A DNA stretch of 64,000 nt from Iphione sp. A-MEVVRFRX5. Taxonomy: Eukaryota. The notes beneath the pieces are model-generated. The model made no database searches and was not told the DNA's origin. It saw only the letters and a program-made list of their open reading frames with translations. Every line of letters starts with the position of its first letter. The stretch's first letter is position 1. The stretch lies in contig OZ320313.1 of NCBI GenBank assembly GCA_976226885.1, positions 7,688,001 through 7,752,000 of the forward strand, read 5' to 3'. Position numbers and translations under genes: made by a program. Of this stretch, positions 38,991-51,179 are shown in pieces.

Positions 38991-39275
38991 TATGATACCT
39001 CATCACCGGGTCTTACAATCCTGACACCATTACTACTCGGTGGAATGGTAATGCCACCTCTATGATACCTCGGCAATGGTTACATCATTCCTACACACCT
39101 GAGTGGTAGTACCCTTAATACCTCAACCTTTACATAATGCCTACAGACTGGAACACTAGTGTCACACTTACAATACCTCATCAATGGGTCTTACAACCAT
39201 AGGTACATCTTTCTTACACACCTGAACAGTGGCACCACCCTTACAATACCTCATCAATGGGTCTTACACCCTTTA
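38991..39275. repeat. Degenerate ~70-bp minisatellite
   Basis: Recurring atacctcatcaatgggtcttaca / cacacctga blocks. Confidence 0.6.
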
Positions 39276-42200
39276 CATCATTTCTCCATACTGCACATGC
39301 ACAAATCCCAACACACACATAAACACACACACACACACAGTCACGTTCCTCACTCACAACTACTATCACCCACACCTGCTGCTTTGAGCGGCTGGCTACG
39401 GCTGGGAGAAACCCCCCCCGGGTCCCCCTCCCAAGGTGGGAGTTGGAGTATGGTCGGTTTCAGAGGGCGTGGTCGGCCCTCAGGATCACATGGGACCAGT
39501 TTGGCTCAGCCGCTGTTTTTAACCTCCAAGTTTAAACTGATCAGGCAGCGTATTGACTTTACCTTGTTTTTCCCCTGACACTGCATGATATTGTTAGGAC
39601 CACTCGCCCACCTTCGCCCCCAAGAGTGTAGTCCTATGAGGAGGTTGAAAAGAAAAAGATACAGACGGACCATAAATGTGTTCTGTAACGGGAGGAGGGA
39701 ATGCCACTGAGACCGAAAATAGCATCGTGTTATCAAACTTTGGAGCGCTGGGTAGCTGCGAACGTGAAATGCCAACTGCATGAGGTGTGCACAGCAACAT
39801 GGTATGATCTTGCTGGGGATGGGGGTTGGGGAGAGGGTTAGGGGGGGCCTACTGTTGTAGGGTATATAGAGAGGGGCTGCACTAACAGAGGTAGGGGGTG
39901 ATGATGGTTGGTTGGTGGGGAGGTGGGGGGGGGCAGAAGGCGCACATGAATGATGGGCGATGTCCTTTGGTAGTCACTGCGCCCACAAAAAGACAAGATC
40001 GGAGTCTAATTGTGACAGAGTTATTTTATATGGAGATCCGGTAGAATTGAACTACACCTTTCTAAACGTAATCAACTTTTGCTTCTCTCCCTTCCTCCAT
40101 TTCTTCCTTCTCCTTTCCCTCGTATTTATCCTAGTCTCTCATTTCTTCTACACATTTCTTCCTCCTCCTTTCCCTCTCATCTATCCTAGTTGCTCATTAC
40201 TTAGGCATGTTTCTTCGTCCTCCTTTCCACTCTAATCTATTCTATTCTCTCATTCCTTCTAGATCTACCCTCCTTCCCTCTTTCTATCCTGCATGCTTTT
40301 TTGTCCTCCTTTCCCTCTTATCTATTCTAGTCGCTTATTCCTTCTGCATGTTTCTTCCTTCTCATTTCTTCCTCTTATCTATCCTAATCTCTTGGTCCTT
40401 CTGCATGTTGCAAACAGTTTCATCTCAAGTGTCTCTCCTGTTCCTTTCCTTTTCCCTCCACTACTCACTCTGTGTCATGGTATTTTTCCATTGCTTAGAC
40501 AAGGCTGCAGAAAGAACAATTTACTGCCAAGGAGTTACCTCAGACTTCTATACTCCTAGATGCACTACTTAGGATAATCACTCCATTCTTAACAATTACA
40601 GGTACAGGCAGACCATGTATGTAACCCAGCTACATACTTTAACTTAGCCCTTGAGACTTGGAGTCTCTCATGAACCCAGTGTTGACTGATCGCTTTTGGG
40701 GTGATAACTCCTCCCCCTGCTAAGTGTCATAGCCATGTGCTTCTGGCATAGACAAGCTGAAGTTTCCCAAGGCATTTTTAATGCTAAAACACTCAAATTT
40801 GAGCCCTTGTAACTTAGAAACTGTTTGACCAAAAACTACAAAAGCGTCTGTGAATCGTCATCAATATGTCTCCTTTATGCTGTGAAAAGCAAATAGTTCT
40901 ATCTGTAATATTAATAGAAATATCTAACCTTCCCATAGACTCCTATGGTTTTTGTTCCAGGTTTGTTTGTCTAGGGTGGGAATTCTCATGCTTTCTGTGG
41001 GATGTGCTCTGATTGGCTAGACTGAACTGTCACTCACAATATTAACCTGCCCCTACACTTAGGTTGAGGCAGGAGACCAAAAGTCCTTCTCCAAGAACCT
41101 GTCTTTGTATGTATAGAATCATGTATGTGTGCGTGTTGACAGCAACGAGAGTGAATCACATAGGGAAAACCATAAAGTTCCTCACTGAGGAATGTATTAA
41201 AATTGAAGAAAGGGCTTGAAAATGTTGTATTCACGTGTCACATAGTGTAAAGAGAAGTTACCATACCACTGCCTAGACGACCCATGAACCCCTGAGGCCA
41301 CCTACAGCCACCTTGCGGTAGATCAGAGAAACATTAGACAGGCAAGGAGAAGGAGCGTGTGGGGAGCAGAATTTATCCTCATCCCCTTGCTCTCGTTCTT
41401 ATTCCCCCTATTACTACTTCTTCTACCTCTAGTATAACTATTACCACTTCCACCTCCCGTTTCCTTCTTCCTCCTATTCTCATTTTTTTAGATTTGTGTT
41501 ATCCTAAATTACACTATCGCCTCTTCCTATTCGCATATTCCGCCTCTTCCTATTCTCCCTCCTGTTCCTAACATTTACACCCATCCCCCCATCCCCTTGT
41601 TAGGTTTGTCCTCTTTCCCTACTCTTTCCATTCCACCTATTATGTCTCTACAATCACTCCTCATAATAACCCCCCTCCTCATACTCTTTCTTCCATTTCC
41701 ACCCCTGTTCTCTCTTCTGAGGCCATTCCTCTTAAACCTGCTCCCCTCTACAGCCCTACACCTCCTCCTGTTCTCTCTCTTCCTACTCTAAGAGGAGAAG
41801 AGAGAGATGGACATGGACAGGTAGAAGGGGAGGAGGATGAGTAAGAGAAGGAGGATAAGGAGCAGCAGGAGTAGGATGGTGTTGACATGGATGTTTGTGC
41901 TGATGTTTGATGTTGTCAATTTTGATGTTGATGGTGTTACTCACATCCATTCACTCTACCACATTCACTTCCGAGCGAATAGAATACAGTATATAAAGAC
42001 CCCATTCTATTCAAACCCCCCAAGACAGGAGTGATGAATGAATACGGGGTTGTGGCGTTTGAGAGCACGTTCACACACTCACACACGCGCACACACACAC
42101 ATACACACACCCCAGTGTTCACTGTCACGTATACGATGTATACTCTCAGGTTGTCTGTTGTTTTGTCTGGTTTTGTTTGGTGCACCCGCGACAGGACATG

Positions 42201-43639
42201 TTGATGGGGTGGAAGAAGGGCGCCCCCCCACTACCTCACAGGGCCCGGGCAGTGCTTGAGGACACGTAGACCCAAACCTCGTCACGTGACCGGTGACGTC
42301 ACAAAGGGACGAGGAGAGCCTGTTATATGTGCCTGGTTAAGGTGTCCAGATGTGTAAGGAGATTCCTAGATATTTGCCATCTCTAGATACAGCATAATTC
42401 CGTTCGGAGGATCACTTTGTCTGTAAAATCTGTCACTTGCTTGCCCCCGTGTGCCCTCGGTGCGGGTCCCAGTTTCACCTTTTTTAATGGCAGTCAGACC
42501 AGATAGGCGCTTAAAGACTTCTTGAAATCGATTCCGCCTCGAACCTATAGTGGTAGCAGTGTTGTATAACTCTACCGTATCGTCAAGAAGAACGTTCTGC
42601 CGACCGTACTTAATTTTAGATAAAAGTACACTTAAACCTGTCGACAAGGTGTTATACTCGGTGAGGTGGAAAAAAATCAATTTCCTCTTGTTTCTTGGTC
42701 ATCTGTGCTACATTTCCTCCATAGGTTTCTTCATGTAACCAGTCATGTAACCAAACCACTCTAAAAATAGAGGGGTTATCTTAAAACATTGTAAATGAAA
42801 AAAGGGACAACCCAGACTACTTTATGCATGTACAATGTTTCTACCCAAAAAGAGCAACTGTTCTGGTTTCAGGCCATTTTATTTCTAATTTTAAGCTAAT
42901 CATGGCTTTTCCTGTCCCGCGGCGGTGGCTGAGGAGGAGAAGGTCTGTCCCGATTCCCAGACCCCGCCGTCAACATTCTGCTCCGTCGATTAAATGGCAT
43001 TTGGCTGGATCTGCATCCTGTCTGTTAGACGGAGACCCCCCCCCCCCGCCCCCGGGGGGGGGGGGATGACGGTTGGAGGGTGCGCTTTAGGTTCGACCAA
43101 GGGGACTTGGATAGAGAAATAAGTACTTCCTTATGTGGCGGCCACCCAACCCCCCCCCCCTCCCCCATCTCCTTATCAAATACCGGACGATTGACGTTCT
43201 CTCTCCTTTTTCACGTCCATTCTTCGTCCCAGGCCGCCGCCAACTCGTAACCCTAACCAGCCTCTATTTGGTCCGCCGTCTGAAAAAGAGATGGGGTGGG
43301 AGGGCAGGTTGGCGGGGGGGGGGGGGGGCAGGGAGGGAGGGAGGGAGGAGATTCTTTGTATGAAAGCCCCGGTCTATGGGCCACTGGGCCACCGATCTTC
43401 TACAACCACAACAAGCGTGATTTCCCCCGCCCCCCCCCCCCCCAGCCCTCCTTGCGGACATTTGTTTTGTTGAGGGATTTTCTTTCCGTCCTTCGTGTTG
43501 TTGTCATCGTCCGTCGACATTGTTGTCGCAGACGCAGCGTCGTCGGGGACACTTCTCGATGACAAAATATCACCATCCGTGCTTATTTCGATGTACATGT
43601 GTGTGTACGTGTGTTATGCGTACCAGTGTGTGTGTTTGT

Positions 43640-44046
43640 AGGTAGGTAGGGTAGGTAGGTAAGGTAGGTAGGTAGGTAGGGTAGGTAGGTAGGTAGGGTA
43701 GGTAGGTAGGTAGGTAGGTAGGTACGGTAGGTAGGTACGGTAGGTAGGGTAGGTAGGTAGGGTAGGTAGGTAGGGTAGGTAAGGTAGGTAGGTAGGGTAG
43801 GTAGGTAGATGGGTAGATAGGTAGGGTAGATAAGTAGGGTATGTACGTAGGGTAGATAGGTAGGATAGTAGGTAGGGTAGATCGATAGGGTAGTTAGGTA
43901 GGGTAGGTACATAGGGTAGGTAGGGTAGGTAGGGTAGGTAGGTAGGGTAGGTAGAGTAGGTAGGTAGGGTAGGTAGGGTAGGTAGGGTAGGTAGGTAGGG
44001 TAGATTGATAGCGTAGTTAGGTAGGGTAGGTAGGGTAGGTAGGTAG
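43640..44046. repeat. (GGTA)n/(GGGTA) microsatellite
   Basis: Read directly; source of the YLPT-repeat ORFs. Confidence 0.95.
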
Positions 44047-44506
44047 CCCTCCCGATGGTTAAGGTTACCATAACCAGAGCCGAGATTACCACACGTATTA
44101 TACACGCAAGACGCCCAGTGAGTATAGTTAGAGGTTGGCTGAGGCTTTTAATGCTACAATAGATGAAAGAAAACAGCCAAGACAGAATCAGCAGCCATAA
44201 CAACCACAACACCCGCAGCAGCTGCACAGCACGTTTTCCACTCCCATTGCTCGCCGTCTGGGAGGGTAAAACGGGGTCGCTGCTGCTGCTGCTGCTGCTG
44301 CTGTGGACAGGTTTGCCACCCTGCACGTACATGATAAACACGGGGTCAATGACCGATCTATCGTATACACAAGGAATTCAACCCGACGTCGTCGTCTGCC
44401 CCTCGTCGCCATGTTGTTTTGTCTCCCCCCACCCACCCGCCAGCCCCTCCACCCCCTCCCGCACCTTCGATACGAGTCCGGGATGGTTCGCGCCGTAATA
44501 AACAAC

Positions 44507-44885
44507 TTGGCATCATTGCCAACTTGTGCCATTACCAATTTGTGCCATTTTCCAACTCGCTCCATAACCAATTCGTGCCATTTTCCGACTCATTTGATAA
44601 CCAATTCGTCCCATTTTTCCAACTTATGCCATTGCCAACTCAGGTCATAATCAACTCGTTCCATCCCTCATTTTTCCGTGCTATTTTCAAACCTATATAA
44701 CTCTACGTATAATCTCGGGAACCATTTGAAGTCCTGTCCTTATACCCGTCCCACGTGTCAGTATCAAATCTATATTCCAGATAATTCAATCAGTTTCTAA
44801 AGATATCCCATGGTTTTAGTGTAAGTATATGCCAGTTTGTCATGGCACGAGTTAGCGATGGTGTGAAATGGTCATGGTGCAGAAT
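44507..44885. repeat. ~15-bp ccaactcgtgccat-type repeats with inverted copies near 44840, likely a non-autonomous DNA-transposon remnant
   Basis: About 10 direct units at 44507-44663 and the reverse complement atggcacgagttag downstream. Confidence 0.55.
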
Positions 44886-46022
44886 CATTCAGATTCAGAA
44901 ACAATGTATTTTCCTTTCTATTACAATTAGAATGGCGGTATTAACAGAGGGAAGTAAACTATCATATCCACACCGACAGTTCATGTATGGATATCAGTAG
45001 ATGAGATATGTACATTATAATAGATTTACAATTTAGAAATTCTTTCAACTCGTGGCAACAAAACAATCTGAGTCACCAAATGTTCCTCCTCACAGACTAA
45101 GCTAACGCGACGTGTTGACCAAAAGAAATGCTCCAGGTCCCCTTACCACCAGCCATATATATATCAGGTCTAAATAGTCTCAGTGCAGTACTCTCTATTT
45201 AACGGGCCAGATTCTTCATGGTGCAGACCCGTTAGTCAAGGGTTAAAAAAGATAACATACTCACCCAGTTACCACTGGTGAATTTGTTTTTCTTTTATTT
45301 TTCTTTTGTTTTTTTTTGGGTGGGGGGTTGGATCAACTGTTTTGTTCCCTAATGTAATGGTTTGAACCAGGAAGTCGATATATTTCTCCATCCCAGGAGT
45401 GTCTGGGGGCTAACGTGCAGTAGTGTGGGTAAAACTGATTCCAAGGTGGTTGTGACATTTCAAAGGAAGCAGAGAAAGGAAGAGGGGAGGTGATAAGCCA
45501 GGAAGGAGAATGGAGAAAGGGGTGTAGGGAATATTGGAAGATGCAATACGGGGGAGGCAAGGACAACGGTACTTTTAGGTTTATAGCTCAATTCTAGACA
45601 GATTTACTATAGACCCAGCTCAGAATTGTCCTCACCTTGCTACAAAGGACATGGATGTGTCGGGAAAAAATATTTAGTCTTTCATGTTCTTCCTTCTTAA
45701 AACAACAAACAGGACCAGTTCCAATGCACCAGGCCCTTCAGCCCTTCTACTGTTTTATTCGAAATCTGTTTTATGACATCGTCTTATAAATATACCATTA
45801 TATACAAAGTGTGTGTTTGTGGTTCATATTTCCATGTTTCATCCTTCAAATACCTTCTTTTATCAAATCCTCCTTTTCTGAAAGGTACGAGCAGACCTAA
45901 CTCTTGATGTGTTAAGCTCTTTATCCTTATACTGCTCAACTAGATTCTTTACTCTTCTACTAGAATTTTTCACCTGTTGTAAATGAGAGATACCTTGCCA
46001 CACCTCAACCACAAAATGTTTA

Positions 46023-46195
46023 CAGTGGTCCCCCCATATCCAACGCCTGTATAACTGATATTTCTGCTTAACCGACACACTCTAAGGGAAACAAATGCGA
46101 AAATTCAGCTGGAAAAAGCTTCCCAATACCAACAATTCTCATATATCTGATGGATTCTTAAGGAACCCAAAGTGTCAGTTATGGAGGGACCACTG
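46023..46195. mobile_element. Tc1/mariner (Tigger/pogo-like) MITE
   Basis: TIRs CAGTGGTCCC.C(C)AT at both ends and TA TSD; ends 76 bp upstream of exon 2. Confidence 0.85.
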
Positions 46196-46271
46196 TATTT
46201 ATATTTGATATATAAATAGTGCATCTTTCATCCACACATTTCCTAATAGTTTATATCCTGCTTTCTCAAAG

Positions 46272-46477
46272 GTACAAGCAGGCGCGACTCTTCATGATCC
46301 AGACCCTCATCCTTCAGAAGCTTGGCATCCAGAGGCAGCCTAACCTGTCAGATCTGTACTTGAGTGACAACCAGAGGAGTCGTATCATGGACGCCTTTCG
46401 CAACTACGAAACGGAGCTGGGAACGCTGGAGAATGAGGAGGGCTACACCCGCAGCTTAAGCCTCCTCACACCTTCGT
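46272..46477 (+). CDS. TGF-beta ligand coding exon 2 (prodomain alpha1 helix / latency lasso)
   Basis: Acceptor ctttctcaaAG; encodes YKQARLFMIQTLILQKLGIQRQPNLSD, resembling the myostatin/activin RIEAIKxQILxKLxLxxxPN motif; donor T|GTAAGT in phase 1. Confidence 0.9.
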
Positions 46478-47097
46478 GTAAGTGACGCTAACGGGGCAGT
46501 GGGGGATAAGACAGGCTACACCCGCAGCCTCAGTTCCCTCACTCCTTCCTGTAAGTGACACTAGCAGGGTAGTGGGGGATGAGGAGGATTACACCCACAG
46601 CCTAAGCCTCCTCACACCTTCCTGTATGTGATGCTAGTTGGGCAGTGGGAGATCAGGAGGGCTACACCCAAATTCTAAACCTCCTCACACCTTCCCGTAA
46701 GTGACACTAGCAGGGCAGTGGGGCATAAGGAGGGCTACACCCACAGCCTAAGCCTCCTCATACCTTCATGTAAGTGACGCTAATGGGGCAGTGGGGCATA
46801 AGGAGGGCTACATTCACAGCCTCAGTCCCCTCACACCTTCCTATAAGTGATGCTAGCGGGGCAGTGGGGGATATGGAGGGTTACACCCACAGCCTAAGCC
46901 TCCTCACACCTTCATGTAAGTGACGCTAACAGGGCAGTAGGGGATATGGAGGGTTACACACACAGCCTAAGCCTCCTCACACCTTTGTGTAAGTGACGCT
47001 AACGGGGCAGTGGGGGATATGGAGGGCTACACTCGCAGCCTCAGTCCCCTCACACCTTCCTGTAAATGATGCTAGTAGGGCAGTAGGAGATATGGAG
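46441..47097 (+). repeat. 73-bp minisatellite (9 copies) made of the last 37 nt of exon 2 plus its 5' splice site
   Basis: Units start at 46441, 46514 and so on to 47097; most carry GTAAGT at the donor position, with variants GTATGT, ATAAGT and GTAAAT. Confidence 0.95.
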
Positions 47098-47427
47098 GGC
47101 TAACATATTTTTGTGGATGTAGATCTGGATAGCCTTGCAGGAGAGGGCTATTGGGGAAGGCTATAGATGCTGCCTAGGGAGACCCAAGTCCACAGGTGTC
47201 TAGGAAGAAGCCAGCCGCCATGGGTTCTGCTTTGAGATGATGTAGTTACCCCTTTATTTCCAGTTTTATCAGCCTCTAGTTAGGAAGCAACAAATATTAC
47301 TGAGGGCAAAACATGGCGGACATTATGCTGACCTTTGGAACCATTAATGTATATTTAATGTAGGTATTGGTAAATAATGTGTTGAACTTTCATTTAAATT
47401 CGTTTTTCTTCCTCCTCTATTGTACAG

Positions 47428-47565
47428 GCGAACTACCGCGCAACACGAACCGCGCATGGAGGGACGGCTCCCGCTTCCGGTTGTACTTCCACATTCTACC
47501 TCCCAACTGGAAGAGTGCTAAGATCTCGTCAGCCTCCCTCAAACTCTACAAACGCGCCGTTGGAG
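47428..47565 (+). CDS. TGF-beta ligand coding exon 3
   Basis: Acceptor cctcctctattgtacAG; joins to give TPSCELPRNTNRAWRDGSRFRLYFHI...ISSASLKLYKR (prodomain arm; the PSCExPxNT pattern recalls maverick-type ligands); donor G|GTGGGC in phase 1. Confidence 0.88.
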
Positions 47566-47918
47566 GTGGGCCCCAGGTTCTACTCCTCTCGAGAGACTGT
47601 CATCACTGTCAAGTAGCCTCCATGCAAGCAAAAAAACTGTTATATCTTTTTAGCATATTCTGATCACCACTATTGCACTCAAGAGTAAAATCAACATCGA
47701 GATAACCGTCTGATTAGTAAGGGAAACGGAAGGGTAAACCGCTCTCTGTCAACTGACTCCTATCTCTTACCATTGTGAAGTACACAGTCACTGTGTCAAC
47801 CCCAAAGTTTGCCACATTTCCTGCAAGAGAATGATAACTTCTGCTCACAGATCTCTCCAATGTTGCTCCATGTCGCTGGTTTGCGCTCTCCATTCACTCT
47901 TATCACTTCTATTTCAAG

Positions 47919-48278
47919 ATGGCGACTGCCAGTCTCGATCGGCAGAAGACGAAGACCGGGAGGAGGTTCCTGTTAGGTCTGGGCACCAGGCGGACAGAGC
48001 GGCTGCCCGCCAGGGGCGCCGCCAGCAGCGCCGCCAGAGGCGCCTCGAGCAGCAACAGCAGCATCAACGACGCTCCCCAGCGGGAGACTCCGACATGACA
48101 GAGGAGGTACAGGAGGAGGCGGGAAGTGCATGGCTAATTACGCCGGGTACCCCTGGCGGCGACAGGATGAACCAACCCGACCAGGAGGACGAGGACGCAG
48201 GAGAGGAGGGGGACCAGGAGGAGTTCCTACGAATGTCTGTGTACGCCTATACGAAACCGGTCAAGGCCAGGCGGAAAG
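47919..48278 (+). CDS. TGF-beta ligand coding exon 4 (Gln/Arg/Glu-rich insert, then MSVYAYTKP strand)
   Basis: Acceptor tcacttctatttcaAG and donor G|GTAAAA; phase 1/1 keeps the frame between exons 3 and 5. Confidence 0.8.
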
Positions 48279-49589
48279 GTAAAAATGGTATTAGACTACA
48301 ACGTATGAATACTGAGACGGGACCTGCATGCAGTGGTGGTCCTAAGGGGTGTGTGTGTGCGTGTGTGTGTCTGTGTGTGTGTATTCCCCAACCCTTCCTG
48401 CTGTCATTTTAATGTTAAAATACACTTGAGTTTAGGAGTTTAGTGATCTGAAGTTGTCTTTATTTGACTAATTACCTATCCTATATGGAACGGCAAGGCC
48501 TACGGAATGACGACATGAAAGCACTGGGGGCTGCCATTTTAATGTTGCACAAGCGCCTTTGGCACCTACACTGGTCGATTAGGAGGTGTATATGACTGGG
48601 GGGGGCCTCAGAGATGGGGGAAAGGGTTAAAGTTCAGACTGTCCTGCATTTACAACCCTCAGTTCTGCTTGACTGGACACACACAGGTGTAGTGATATTA
48701 CCTCACTGGGGGTGGATGGCTTAAGCAAAGAGGGTGAGTGTGTGTTGGTATAGATCTGCATACTTTATTGAAAGAAAATAGTCCAGTGTGATATTCTGTT
48801 TTTACTTAAGCCAGTAACAATCAAGACATTTTAGACAACTTATACAGTACTTGTCTTCTTTTACAATATCTCCATGGAATACCTAAGTGAATATATCAAG
48901 TAATTCACCTGTAACAAATCACATGGGTATGAGACCTACTCCCCATGGCCAGACTACTTTCAGGCAATGTTTATATGTGTAGTGTAATCATGGGAGTAAG
49001 TTTCAGTTCGCTGCTACTCATACCTCAGATTTCATAAAATGTGAGCGCGATTGTGAGTGTGTGTACTGGTCTGCGTCAGTGTGTGTATTGGTGTGCGTTA
49101 GTGTGTTTTGATGGATGTGTGTTAGTGTGTGTATTGGTATGTGTGTTAGTGTGTGTGTATTAGTGTGTGTGTGTTAGTGTGTCTGTAGGGAGAGGGTCAG
49201 ATAGACATTTGTAACGAGTACATCCGTTCCTCTGTGTTGTTGTTGTATTGATATACTTTGATGTTTCATACTCATTTTAGGAGAACATGTTTTCTTATAA
49301 CCCAGCTGCAGTGTACTTACATATAACAGTTTAAGTATTTCTACACAATGAAAAGCACCTTGAAGAGGCGAATCGTTACCTACATATATAAAAAGGCATC
49401 GTTCCGGAAGTTCCGGTTTGGTTCCACTGAATTCTGGGAGGTGAGGGAACTGCGATTTTAACTTTGCATTCTTGGAGGTAATGTTTGACAACACTAGCAC
49501 CATCTAGTGTCAAAGCATGAAAAATAGAAAATCGTGCAAAGCACACTGGTTAGAAATCAAATGTTTTTTTATGGTATGTTATGTTGTAG

Positions 49590-49790
49590 AACGGTTTGAG
49601 CTGCTCGACTCGATTCTGGTGAGGCGCTCTTACCAGGGTTGGGTGAAACTCGACATCCAGGCCGCTGCCAACACCTGGTACCACAACCCACACAAGAACT
49701 TCGGTCTCCAGGTGCGGATAGAGAACCACCAGCAGCGCCCCCTGGACGCCTTCTGTGTACTAACCCCTGCCAACTGCACCATCAACTCCA
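49590..49790 (+). CDS. TGF-beta ligand coding exon 5 (prodomain C-part; the gene continues beyond the window)
   Basis: Encodes ELLDSILVRRSYQGWVKLDIQAAANTWYHNPHKNFGLQVRI, the typical GW..xDV...V..W....N.GL.V prodomain pattern; donor A|GTAAGT in phase 1. Confidence 0.92.
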
Positions 49791-49972
49791 GTAAGTACCA
49801 TGTCACGTGGGTATTGATTACTTAAGGCATCGCTGGTGGTTGAAACAGACCATTACAGTGTGACTTTTACGAAGAAAATTGCGGTTCTACCATCAGTGGA
49901 TAAACAATTGATCTATCAGAAAGGGTAGGAGAGAATGGGGGAGGGGGATGGCATGTAATCACCCTGGTTATA

Positions 49973-50194
49973 CAGGGGGTGTCAACTATTCTGGTGAAAC
50001 GTTATTGGGCATTTTAATTCAAGGTGAATCGTTATTTGCCTGCTTATTTAAGCGTTAAACATTATTGAGGTATTTCTGGTGAATCGTTACCAATCATTTA
50101 ATTGTTGGTGAAGCATTATCAGCCCATTCTTTAAGCGTTATTGATGATTTAAATTGTCAGTGAAACGTTATTACCTATGCCTTGACCCCCCCTG
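49973..50194. mobile_element. hAT-type MITE
   Basis: TIRs CAGGGGGTGTCAA / TTGACCCCCCCTG; internal ggtgaa.cgtta repeats; 8-bp TSD TGGTTATA / TGGTTATT (7 of 8 match). Confidence 0.85.
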
Positions 50195-50350
50195 TGGTTA
50201 TTCGAATATGATGTTATATTGGTGTTCCCCTTAATCAATGTGTTATGTCCTGCCATAGTCGGGAAAACTAATGTAGAATATTGCGCTGTGATGACAGTTA
50301 AACCAGAGGACAATTAATTATATCACAGTGTGCTAATAGGTGATTCGCAT

Positions 50351-51157
50351 TGTAACAAAGTTAAACCTAATGCTGATATGAATGTTGATATAGATGTTAA
50401 CTGCAAAAACTGATATGTAGTATGTTGAATTACCTGTATATTTACAGCGGTTGTGTCTCTCCCCCCACCACTAATTACACCTGTGCGGTGAAGCACGTCC
50501 GACACCTGTGAAACCCTCAATCCGACCTTTACGACCTACTGTGAGATAACTTGTGCGATGAGGCACGTCCGAACAATAGAAACCGTTGGAACTCCCTTTG
50601 CACCTGTTCACCTGATTGTTATACGACCACTAATGGCTTTTATGACCCACTGTGAGATTACTTGTGCGGTGAAGCACGTCCGAACAAATGAAACCTTTGA
50701 AGCTCCCTTGCACCTGTTCACCTGATTGCTATACGACCACTAATGTTATTCGGAAGCCATAAAAGTCACTTTGTAGGACCCACACCTCGATTTTAGTGCT
50801 TTAGAAACCTTTAGAAACCCTTAGAAACGTTTTGTGGCTTTGTAATTCAATAGGCAAGGCTCTGGTATGGATATATAAACCAAACCCAGACCAGCCAGAG
50901 CTGAGAGTTGTCTGAGCGGTGCCGAGGGCTGGTAGGGACTGGGCCTACTGACCTCTACATTACTTGCAATTCTTGTTTCCTGTACCTGTAACACAACTAG
51001 GACGTTTTTAGTATTAAAAACCTCACAACAAAACCTGGAAGAGTCGTGTTCATTCTACCCGCTGACAACTCGGGACTCCGCGCAAACCTGCCGTAGCAAA
51101 GGTGACAGCAAGCCAGCTGGTGAGCGACGACCGACGACCCAACCCACCTTTGTTATA
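50351..51157 (+). promoter_or_regulatory. 5' LTR (807 bp)
   Basis: 10-bp terminal inverted repeat TGTAACAAAG...CTTTGTTATA (one mismatch) ending 1 nt before the PBS; TATATAAA at 50872-50879; ATTAAA at 51013-51018; ~111-bp U3 tandem duplication. Not confirmed against a 3' LTR. Confidence 0.75.
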
Positions 51158-51158
51158 C

Positions 51159-51179
51159 TGGTGCCGTGACCAGGATTCG
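51159..51179 (+). other. Primer-binding site for tRNA-His
   Basis: TGGTGCCGTGACCAGGATTCG is complementary to the 3' end of invertebrate tRNA-His(GUG) (...CGAAUCCUGGUCACGGCACCA), recalled from known sequence. Confidence 0.9.

Noticed and set aside
42366-42680. 104-aa minus-strand ORF
   Set aside because: No recognisable domain or supporting signals.
47566-47663. Extension of exon 3 to CAG|GTTCTA (47576) or to the ORF end
   Set aside because: A phase-0 donor is incompatible with the phase-1 acceptor of exon 4; the donor at 47565 keeps the frame.
50241-50350. TGTTATG at 50241 as the LTR start
   Set aside because: TGTAACAAAG at 50351 forms a 10-bp inverted repeat with the PBS-proximal end and is the better boundary.
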